Below, piece by piece: positions 23,501 through 30,654 of a DNA stretch of 64,000 bases. The notes beneath the pieces were generated by a model. It did not search any database, was not told the DNA's origin, and saw nothing but the letters and a program-made list of their open reading frames with translations. The stretch lies in NCBI GenBank assembly GCA_000004985.1, contig GG738899.1; one strand, written 5' to 3'. Numbering within the stretch: position 1 is the first letter of the stretch; every line of letters starts with the position of its first letter. The translations under genes and the position numbers were made by a program. This DNA is from Naegleria gruberi. Its lineage: Eukaryota.

Positions 23501-24226
23501 TTGAGAATTCAAAGCTGAGCCATTTCCTTTCAATATTTTCCATATTTTTGATCCACCAAAATATCTTAAAATTAGACACCAATGAATAATAGATTCCTTA
23601 TACTGATATCCTCTTGACTTATTATAATTAGTGATATTTTCCAAAGTATTTTCCATTAATTGGTAGAAAAATTGTTGTTCATGCAGTTTTTCATCTTCAA
23701 TAGCAGCAATCACCAATTTTACAAGTTTGTGATGATGAATTTTGGATAGTTTTTCCTCTAATGAATCCAATTTTTCTTCCCGTCTTGTTAACATAGATTT
23801 TAATTGAGATACTTTCTTTCTTAATTTCTCTATTTGATCTTTTTGTTTGATTAATTTTTCGTCAGAGTTGTTTGATTTAGTGGTTGTCATATGTCGCAAT
23901 TTTTCATATAATTGATAACAATCTGTGCAAACTCCATTCCGATTTAAATTAATATTTCCACATTTCAATGATTTGAAAATGAAATTTCCATTATCATTAA
24001 ATGATACAATTCCTACTTCATTGTTTCGTTTGTCACAAACTTTTCCATCATAATTTAATAAATTCCATACTTTTTCCACAGCAACTCCTTTACATGTAGT
24101 ATTATTATTTTTACAGTTAGCACATGATCGTGTATCAGCATGTTTACATTTCCCCATGCCTTCTTTAATTTCCGAAAATCCTTTTTCTGAATTATATTCA
24201 ACTTTGATCGTTTCATCATTTGCCAA
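20555..24226 (-). CDS. Transposon-encoded 1223-aa polyprotein. N-terminal Cys-cluster region, coiled coil, central region of about 600 aa (putative transposase core, unclassified), DEDDh 3'-5' exonuclease domain, C-terminal array of at least 8 B-box/zinc-ribbon-like CxxC...CxxC modules
   Basis: Intronless 3.7-kb ORF in a genome whose host genes have an intron every few hundred bp. Exo I motif ILFDFETTGF, Exo II LIAHNGEILDFKVF, Exo III CHCAFFDVIGLFNIL (H-x-A-x-x-D): the complete DEDDh triad set. Coiled coil around DQIEKLRKKVSQLKSMLTRREEKLDSLEEKLSKI. The C-terminus carries repeated pairs of the type CQQGCNYCRHERGINKCGDC, CDSCWHQLYCIDC, CHICLGYTKSLDECNQCGVEIC, CEFQGVCKNCSTHFPQFVCESCHFR, CHDCGSLICDSCVKFERWCNNC. 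Confidence 0.75.
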   Translation of the reverse strand: MANDETIKVEYNSEKGFSEIKEGMGKCKHADTRSCANCKNNNTTCKGVAVEKVWNLLNYDGKVCDKRNNEVGIVSFNDNGNFIFKSLKCGNINLNRNGVCTDCYQLYEKLRHMTTTKSNNSDEKLIKQKDQIEKLRKKVSQLKSMLTRREEKLDSLEEKLSKIHHHKLVKLVIAAIEDEKLHEQQFFYQLMENTLENITNYNKSRGYQYKESIIHWCLILRYFGGSKIWKILKGNGSALNSQTALDEVNLLLPSLATVKSYLPKLSTGQTSDLDLQSLLKSIQKKKVTNNIIISYDEIEIRGGLCVLKDSGKVIGFADYNEKDFDQLYKSKEEIVPSQIASHICQFFATTIDGSVSFPLMFAGCTKSSHADFLEDQVKKIKEQFERIQLNNYSFQVVGFSSDGLTGNLTFFQTQKIFPNTVHFFDYSHLLKRLRNRLLNETMTIDGISFSIETLLIAKSESNLTDWLPNSVIYPTDKMAMDPVFALLETNLIDGLAKSKNTTCQTVSKYLKLMQDIYYIFKNDYCWEAKEILLDSVFQFINPWQKSNDISLNNELFDHIIITLKSLKELKTRFPTIELCTCSLSTLMVEHCFSIVRSKIRYPTFMDYCSCYRSVWLVLKAKLSDGPFVLRNESYSNCYGKIDLELEYEELTRKKYKKKNKKKLTEEEEDQILEKENSFTEMFDYILDAVEGFEPQRNTMLIREFMCKNPPNIDSKNIMNNIYILCKECNQPFVRLKSFLKHVMNVHNYSFSEGKQSMIEALLKSIKQSDSSNLLDSDNLLTLITNTVDKSIVDQKIRPSEPIPRASRILFNDDLYTHNKGLPFQHDFGDDKYILFDFETTGFWTNDDPPKITEYCFLNMATGESIYGLVNPTKSISYHSTKITGINLNYVRDKPIIEKELDFIIDFISNTKGKTFLIAHNGEILDFKVFKKEFYPKRESKFENIVFVDSLKLMKSHKDLHHKLPKKESSGRTAFKEEMLIEHFQVGNVADCHCAFFDVIGLFNILNKFFDDVNTAISNIQEFSKTSNIEKKRKKSNSESKLTKVTGCRCTTSCSNLKCSCKKNERYCFPNTCKCDPDICEQQGCNYCRHERGINKCGDCFRLFCDSCWHQLYCIDCFTELFYPIYPCHICLGYTKSLDECNQCGVEICNLCEFQGVCKNCSTHFPQFVCESCHFRTQSVRRCHDCGSLICDSCVKFERWCNNCLFEEIEIEPQPSQIINSQDI

Positions 24227-24356
24227 TTTTTCAACAAATCTTATTAGCTTCTGATAATGACTGTGACATAAACGTGACGTTTTTTTGTTGATTATTATAT
24301 TATCAGGAACATTTCTTGTGCCAGGCTGTTTACAACAACAACAACTTGTACGTTGT

Positions 24357-24408
24357 TTTCTTCATGACATTTTTTTGTTTTTTACTCAAAAAAATGTCAT
24401 GAAGACCC
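24357..24408. repeat. Second subterminal hairpin inside the transposon, just upstream of the ORF start
   Basis: cttcatgacattttttt gttttttactc aaaaaaatgtcatgaag (17-bp perfect inverted repeat). Confidence 0.6.
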
Positions 24409-24612
24409 AACACAGCCGGAGTTCTTTACCTAGGATGTTCAAGCCAAGTATTATTCTCAAGAAACTAGAACCAATTCATAAATTAAATATTTAATTAGAT
24501 TACTAGTAATAACCCGCCAGGTTCATACAATGAATAAACATTTAAATTTTTTTATTTTTTAACGGAATTAATTTGCTTTGATGAAAATATAATGGAGACT
24601 GTTGGTATGTTT

Positions 24613-24721
24613 CATGCAAAGTTCCACGTTGGTCAAATAATTATTAACATCAACAAGTAGTAGAAAACAGTAGGTTTTAAATTATTGGATTAGTTTTTTG
24701 ACCAACGTGGAACTTTACATG
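24613..24721. repeat. Subterminal hairpin inside the transposon (25-bp inverted repeat, one mismatch, about 60-nt loop)
   Basis: catgcaaagttccacgttggtcaaa ... tttgaccaacgtggaactttacatg. Confidence 0.65.
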
Positions 24722-24934
24722 AACGAGGGCACACTTTGAAGATTATTTTTCTGTGGCTTTATGTTATTCTTGTAATATATCTACAGACTCGGAAAGTTGC
24801 CAAGCAATAAATAAACAATACTAGTACTCATATGTTCAAAAGAATGACAAAGATCAACTTTAGATGTATTATAAATCGATTTAAAAGTTGAAAATTATTT
24901 ATTGATGAGCAACAACAAATTCCAATTTTATTTA

Positions 24935-24999
24935 AAAACTCGTGGGACACAAATGCTCGATTGCCTGAGCCAAAAATGACCCATAGTTAGCCACCCGTG
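24935..24999. repeat. Right terminal inverted repeat of the transposon
   Basis: AAAAACTCGTGGGacacaaatgctcgattgcctgagccaaaaatgacccatAGTTAGCCACCCGTG. Confidence 0.7.
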
Positions 25000-25007
25000 A
25001 GATAAAT
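25000..25007. repeat. Target-site duplication, right copy (AGATAAAT)
   Basis: Identical 8-mer immediately outside both TIR ends. Confidence 0.75.
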
Positions 25008-25194
25008 GATTGAGTTTTGTGAAACAGCTCATCAACGGAAATTGGTTGTATCCAATTAATTTTCAAAAAAGAAATCCATTATCTTACTGTAATCAATTAT
25101 TACAATCTAAAATTGATTACAAGTAGCATCTGATACCAACACCATTATAACCAAACTGTTGAAACTTGACGAAACTTTTTCATCTTTAAAAAAA

Positions 25195-26496
25195 ATGAAA
25201 AGATTCATTGGTGGTTTATTTCTCGTACTAATCTTTGCCACTGTTGCCATGTGTGCCAGCAGTGATGCATTCGACACCTTGAGTGATTACATCTCTCTCG
25301 CAGACTCCCTCAGAGGAGGTGGTTCTTCAGGAGGTGGAGGTGGCAGAGGAGGTGGATCCGGTGGTGGTGGCAGAGGAGGAGGTAGCTCTGGAAGTAGAGG
25401 AGGATCCAGCAGAGGAGGAAGTAGCTCTGGAAGATCAAGCACTGGAGGTAGATCAAGTACTGGTGGTAGATCAAGAAGTACTGGAGGAAGAGTTTCTGGA
25501 CCTGGTCGTTCACCAACTGGACCTTCTAGATCAATTGGTGCAACTAAAGGTGGAAGAGTTGGAGGAAGAGTTGGTGGAAGAGTTTCTGGACCAGGTAGAT
25601 CACCAACTGGACCTGCCAGATCAAGAGTTGGAAGAGTTTCTGGACCAGGACGTGCTCCAACATCTGTTTCCATTCAAAGAAATGCCATTCAAAGTAGAAT
25701 TAATGCTGCATTTGCTGGATTGAGTAAGGTTTCTACCAATCCTGCCTTGTCAGCTGCTCTTTCTAGATATGCCTCAATGAAAGCTGCTTCCTTGAAAGCT
25801 CCTTCAGTAACTAGTGCATTATTCTCCAAGACTCCATTGGGTCCAGTGAGTACTTTCTCAAAGGTCAACCCATCCTTGCCAACCAACAAGTTCACTAAAC
25901 CTGCAACTGTTGCCAATGTTCCTATTCCACAACCTCGTCCTGCCAATTTGGCCAAACCAGCAACTCAAACTGTTGCTGCTACTACCAGTGTCAAGAATCC
26001 AATTAATCCTGCTGGTGTCCAAAGAGTTGCTCGTAGTAAGCAACTTACTGGACCACAAGTAGCTCAAAAAGCAATTAAGGAATTAGCTGCTGCTGGTGTT
26101 ACTTTATCAGCCGATCCAAAACAAAGAATTGCTCAAATTGCTGACCAAATGGCCAACCCAGGATCATTACACAAATGTGCTGGTTATGTTGCTGCTGCTG
26201 TTGAAGCTGCTACAGGAGTCTCTCTCAGCAGACCTGCCTCAGCTGAAGCTAAGGATTACGGAACTACCATGGCCAAGGCTGGAATGAAGTCAATTCCAAA
26301 TAATAGCACTCCACAAATTGGTGATGTCAGAGTGATTGGACCATCTCCAACCAATGCCAAGTACAGTATTGGTCATATGGAGACCTATACTGGACCAAAG
26401 AGTGGATGGGTTTCTGATTATGCTCAAGGAGTATCTGCTGTTGATAATCCAAAGAGTGCTTATCATGGAGCTTCTGTTTCTACCTATCGTTTCTAA
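25195..26496 (+). CDS. Secreted protein with a Gly/Ser/Arg-rich repetitive region, an Ala/Pro/Ser-rich linker and a C-terminal CHAP-like (cysteine, histidine-dependent amidohydrolase/peptidase) domain
   Basis: Signal peptide MKRFIGGLFLVLIFATVAMCASS. Degenerate tandem peptide repeats (GGGSGGGGRGG..., RVSGPGRSPTGP x3). The C-terminal module HKCAGYVAAAVEAATG ... IGDVRVIGPS ... YSIGHMETYTG ... WVSDY has the Cys...G-D-V...G-H-hydrophobic spacing of CHAP/NlpC-P60 peptidoglycan hydrolases. No introns. Confidence 0.55.
   Translation: MKRFIGGLFLVLIFATVAMCASSDAFDTLSDYISLADSLRGGGSSGGGGGRGGGSGGGGRGGGSSGSRGGSSRGGSSSGRSSTGGRSSTGGRSRSTGGRVSGPGRSPTGPSRSIGATKGGRVGGRVGGRVSGPGRSPTGPARSRVGRVSGPGRAPTSVSIQRNAIQSRINAAFAGLSKVSTNPALSAALSRYASMKAASLKAPSVTSALFSKTPLGPVSTFSKVNPSLPTNKFTKPATVANVPIPQPRPANLAKPATQTVAATTSVKNPINPAGVQRVARSKQLTGPQVAQKAIKELAAAGVTLSADPKQRIAQIADQMANPGSLHKCAGYVAAAVEAATGVSLSRPASAEAKDYGTTMAKAGMKSIPNNSTPQIGDVRVIGPSPTNAKYSIGHMETYTGPKSGWVSDYAQGVSAVDNPKSAYHGASVSTYRF
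25310..25680. repeat. Coding low-complexity tandem repeat (GGN/AGA-rich, irregular 9-36-nt units)
   Basis: The repetitive ggtgg/aggagg/agagg runs generate the spurious overlapping ORFs seen in all frames of the ORF track at 25283..25723. Confidence 0.5.
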
Positions 26497-26694
26497 TTTT
26501 TATTTGATAATAAATATATTGATTTAGGTAAATAATAACTTGCTTATTCACACAATTCTTTTCAATCCAATTTGGAATATTTCAATTTCACTGGTTGCTC
26601 AAGTCATACCTCTTTTGATTCCTAATTGGAGAGTGATACGTAATATTAATATTGAAAACTTTTACAACGACATCATCAAAATAATTCAAAAAAA

Positions 26695-28386
26695 ATGTCT
26701 TCACTGCTAACAAGCAAACAAATTTCTCAACTTGTTTCTCTCCCAGGCAACAATAAATGTGCCGATTGCCAAGCACCAAATCCCCGATTTGCCGATATTA
26801 AACAATTCACACTTTCGTGTATTTCATGTGCAGGAATTAAACGAACCAAGATTGGAACACATGTTTGTCAGTTGAGAGTTGTTGGACTGGATACTTGGAA
26901 AGAAGAACACTTTAATGCAATGATTGAACAAGGAGGAAATGATGCAGTGAATCGAATTTTGGAAGCCGAATTGAAAGATCAAGATAGGAAGGAAGAAATG
27001 AAGGATATGACACGTTTTATTCGTGCAAAGTATGAAGAGATGCGATGGAAGGGATGTAAAGCATTGAATGAGGTGTTTATGAAGAGCTACTGGTGTAATT
27101 TGAAGGAATTATTGGAAAGGAATGGAGCAGTTGGTAGTATTGAAATAGTTTTGAAGAGTGTAAATTCGAATGATTGTGTGAGAGTTAAACAAGGTCAGAA
27201 AATGTATGAAATTAATTTGAGAGATTTTACAATGGAACAGATAGAGAATTCAACCGATAGCTCAATTGAATTGAGTTTAAACTCTTATCAATCAATTGAC
27301 AAACCAATCTATCAAGCAATGATTGATCAGTCAGACGAAATTTCAATATTTAGTAATGGAAGAGGATTTTTCAAACGTTCAGGGACGAGATTGTTTGATT
27401 TTAATTTAGAAAATGATTTTATTTTACAAATTATTTCTACAATTAATGGAATTTTTGTAATTGACAGGAATTTGAAAGTTTACAAATATTATTTCTTGAA
27501 AATTTGTGAAAATGAAAAGTTTACAAATGGAATTACTCTTCAAAAATGCGAGAGAGATGAAACTCCATGTGGATTGACCTATTTTAAATCATTCATTTCA
27601 AGAATTTATCCTAATTTGTATAAATTCATTGAAAATGATAATTTGTTAACAAATGAGGAAATTGGAACGCTAAATATTATATTCAACATGTTACTATATG
27701 ATAATTATGATATTAATGGCATTGATTTATTTTCATTAGCTTGTATTATTAATAATTCAACCCCAGATTTGGATTTTTTTATGGAAAAACTTGAGTTTTT
27801 AACATTTAAAGATATGAATGGAATACAAACTGTTATTGAAAAGGTTAAGAATTATATTGGTGAAAATTCTACTAGATCAGTATCATTTCTTAAATTATAT
27901 TTATTTAAATGTTTACAATTTATTTCCAATTATGGAAATGTTAATAATATCAAGATTTACTTACCATTCAATTATAGTTTGAAACCTAAATCGAAAGAAA
28001 ACTTGACATGTCTATTTAATTGTCAAAAAAGTAGTGATATTACTATAAAAATAGAAAATGAATTATTTTATTTGCATCGAACAGTATTAACAAGTAAATC
28101 TTCAGTATTTAAAATAATTTTGGACGAAAATAGTAAATTTAATGATGTGAAAAATAATATTTTGGAAATTGATTGTGAAATATTTAAAAATTCCAAAAAT
28201 GGAAATGTTCCAAATTTAATGGTTAAATGCTTTACAATACTATTTAACTATTTTTATGATTTTGAAATTGATTTATCAAAATTTAACTTTTATCTAATGT
28301 CTACATTATTAGAAATGTCTCAATTTTATCAACTCGATCAATTCCATGATAAAATCAACAATGAATTGAAATTTTTTCGATTTTGA
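26695..28386 (+). CDS. ArfGAP-domain protein with a C-terminal BTB/POZ-like region
   Basis: N-terminal ArfGAP zinc finger CADCQAPNPRFADIKQFTLSCISCAGIKR (C-x2-C-x16-C-x2-C) plus the conserved R. BTB-like DITIKIENELFYLHRTVLTSKSSVFKIIL near the C-terminus. Single exon. Confidence 0.7.
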   Translation: MSSLLTSKQISQLVSLPGNNKCADCQAPNPRFADIKQFTLSCISCAGIKRTKIGTHVCQLRVVGLDTWKEEHFNAMIEQGGNDAVNRILEAELKDQDRKEEMKDMTRFIRAKYEEMRWKGCKALNEVFMKSYWCNLKELLERNGAVGSIEIVLKSVNSNDCVRVKQGQKMYEINLRDFTMEQIENSTDSSIELSLNSYQSIDKPIYQAMIDQSDEISIFSNGRGFFKRSGTRLFDFNLENDFILQIISTINGIFVIDRNLKVYKYYFLKICENEKFTNGITLQKCERDETPCGLTYFKSFISRIYPNLYKFIENDNLLTNEEIGTLNIIFNMLLYDNYDINGIDLFSLACIINNSTPDLDFFMEKLEFLTFKDMNGIQTVIEKVKNYIGENSTRSVSFLKLYLFKCLQFISNYGNVNNIKIYLPFNYSLKPKSKENLTCLFNCQKSSDITIKIENELFYLHRTVLTSKSSVFKIILDENSKFNDVKNNILEIDCEIFKNSKNGNVPNLMVKCFTILFNYFYDFEIDLSKFNFYLMSTLLEMSQFYQLDQFHDKINNELKFFRF

Positions 28387-28665
28387 AAATAAATTTTGAA
28401 TTTCTAATAAAAATTAAAATCTTTCTAATTTTTATTTGTAAGTAGATTCGAATATTCTTCTTATTATTTTTGTTGGAATGTTCAGTTTGGTAAAATTAGT
28501 TTCTAATAGAAAGAAATTTCATTGGAAACAAAACTGATCTAATCATTCCACATTGTAAAAACCAACAATATTAAAATAAACTGTCAACTCCGTGCCAACT
28601 TTCCATTTTCCTTCAACAAGAAATAGGAGTTTTCTTTCCGAAACTCACCGAAACTTCAAAAAAAA

Positions 28666-29597
28666 ATGGCCAAACACCATCTCATCATTGGAACCCTTCT
28701 CCTGATAACCTTCTTGCTATTCGAAAGTAGCATCCTCGCCCAAACCTGTTCCATTACCCTCTCCGATGGTACTTCAATTGATGTTTCCAAATTGGATACC
28801 ACAAATGGCTATGTTTCGAATGATGACAAGGATCCAAACTATAAATTCTACTTGTATGTTGTTATTAGTTTAAATTAGACCAATTTGTGTGTTAAATAAT
28901 TTATCATGTTAATGATGAAATTGATGTTCCTTTCGAATATTGTGAAAAAAAAATCTTGAAAAAAATCTTTATTCGAAACTATAGTAATATTTGTGGAGGA
29001 TTGAAGAAACCATCTGATGTGTGTCTTGTTGATGGTCAAGCATTCCAATATTCAAATGATATCAATCTTTGCTATCCAATTTCAAAGCCAAATACTCCAA
29101 CCGTTACCTTGTTAAATCCAGCAGATGAAAAGGCAGGTGTCAAAGTTGTCCATCAACCTGTCTCAATGGATAGAACTTCCAGACAATTATCTTTGGAAAT
29201 TTCATGTGATGTTAATGGTCCAGCTGCTCCATCATTCAAATACATGAAAGAACAAATCAATGGTGGAATTATTGTCTACTCTTTCAGTGGTTCAACCAAG
29301 TCAATTTGTCCAGGTGTCAAACCAGATCCAAATAATCCAACCAATGACAGTGATTTACCATTGGGTCAATATGGTATTGGAGGTTTAATAATGACCTTGG
29401 CATTGGTCGCCTTGATTTTATATTTCATTATTGGATTTGCAATTTTAAAGTTCAAAATGCAAAAGACTGGAACTGAAGTTATTCCACAATTTACATTCTG
29501 GAAGGATTTGCCATTCCTTTTCATTGATGGTATCATGTTACCTGTTGATTTAATTAAGGGATGTATGGGAAAGAAGAATTATCAAGAAATGGCTTAG
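28666..29597 (+). CDS. Type I membrane protein with a mannose-6-phosphate-receptor-homology (MRH)-like luminal domain. join(28666..28853,28985..29597)
   Basis: Signal peptide MAKHHLIIGTLLLITFLLF. A 131-nt intron (GTATGT at 28854, TATAG acceptor ending 28984) keeps the frame (KFYF|NICGGLKK). Cys pattern and Y/G spacing are MRH-like (CSITLSDGTSIDVS...NICGGL...CLVDG...CYPIS...ISCDVNG...VYSFSGSTKSICPG). TM helix LIMTLALVALILYFIIGFAIL and a short tail. Confidence 0.5.
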
Positions 29598-29740
29598 TTT
29601 TTTTCATCATTAAAAAAGAATAAATGTAATTCTATCTAAATACTTGATTGACTGACATCTGTACTGGAGTGAGTTTTGAGAAGATAACGTTTTTACATTC
29701 TGAAATTGCAATTTTTATTGTAAACTATTTTTCAAAAAAA

Positions 29741-30373
29741 ATGAAACCACAGAAGGAAGCGATTTGGTCGCTCAAACTCGATGAAATTTTTAGTTGCTAC
29801 TCGCCACGTGATCTTCCCGATGCCATTCGTAATTATTTCGAAGAGGATTGTGATGAAATTTATTTGGAAATTGGAAATTCTTCTGCTGGATTGAAGCACA
29901 TCATGGAAAGACATGAAAATCAATTTATAATTCCAAAATTGAGGAAATTGAATGATGAGAAGGGAGGTGATGATGATGATATTGAGAGGAGTATGAGTTC
30001 TTGTTCATCATCCGAAGGTTTGGAAATTGATTTTACAAATAATATTAATGATGATCGGAATGAAAATATTGAAAATAAAGAAATGGAAAATATGAAAAAT
30101 TGTAATGAGAATGATACTGATTCAATACCATCATTGGAAAGGAATTATCAACTAGTTTCTGAATACATCTACAATATTATGAAAAGAGCAGATTATTACT
30201 ATTATGGATATAAAATTCTGCCAGGAAAGAAAATTCCAGAACGTGTAACTCTTGCCTTGCTATATCAATTGGATTTTAATAAGTTTTTGAGGGTTTCAAT
30301 GGGAACGAATGGTTTCATTGTGACTGCAGTGCCTCAAAGTATCAATAATTATGTTCACACTTCATTGTGTTGA
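29741..30373 (+). CDS. Hypothetical protein (acidic, no recognised domain)
   Basis: ORF 29648..30373. The first ATG with plausible context is at 29741 (MKPQKEAIW...). The 5' structure is uncertain. Confidence 0.3.
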   Translation: MKPQKEAIWSLKLDEIFSCYSPRDLPDAIRNYFEEDCDEIYLEIGNSSAGLKHIMERHENQFIIPKLRKLNDEKGGDDDDIERSMSSCSSSEGLEIDFTNNINDDRNENIENKEMENMKNCNENDTDSIPSLERNYQLVSEYIYNIMKRADYYYYGYKILPGKKIPERVTLALLYQLDFNKFLRVSMGTNGFIVTAVPQSINNYVHTSLC

Positions 30374-30654
30374 AAAAGTATTTCACAATTTCATCTTTAG
30401 AGAACTATATGAAATGCAAGACTAAGGACTCACTATTTAACCAACTAGATTTGACAAGATTATGAAATATATCATTTGTAACATTATCAATAATCAAGAT
30501 GATACAATAATTTTGAAACCATTTTCACACACTCTTCTTTGATTAGGAAATCAAAAAAAAAAATGACTAGAAAACAAAGCAAAAGTCATCATCAAACTCT
30601 CAGCAACAACACCAACATACAACAACATCAAAGGCTTCTGGTTCTTCTCCTGCT

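Larger units (their letters stand above)
20183..24999. mobile_element. Apparently intact autonomous DNA (cut-and-paste type) transposon, 4817 bp. Imperfect ~60-bp TIRs, 8-bp TSD AGATAAAT, subterminal hairpins, one 1223-aa intronless ORF. Superfamily unassigned: the 8-bp TSD is compatible with hAT, P, Mutator or Zisupton/KDZ-like elements
   Basis: Termini: left 5'-CACGGGTGGCTAACT...; right ...AGTTAGCCACCCGTG-3', a 16/16 reverse-complement match. A second shared internal motif CCCACGAGTTTTT lies about 45-50 bp from each end. Direct repeats AGATAAAT sit at 20175..20182 and 25000..25007. Removing the element plus one TSD copy restores an in-frame host stop (...W M L D K TGA). Confidence 0.8.

Noticed and set aside
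25283-25955. Four overlapping ORFs (146, 128, 68 and 88 aa) on both strands inside the CHAP-protein gene
   Set aside because: They are artefacts of the GGN/AGA low-complexity repeat, which is open in every frame. Only the + frame starting at 25195 has a signal peptide and continues into a structured domain.
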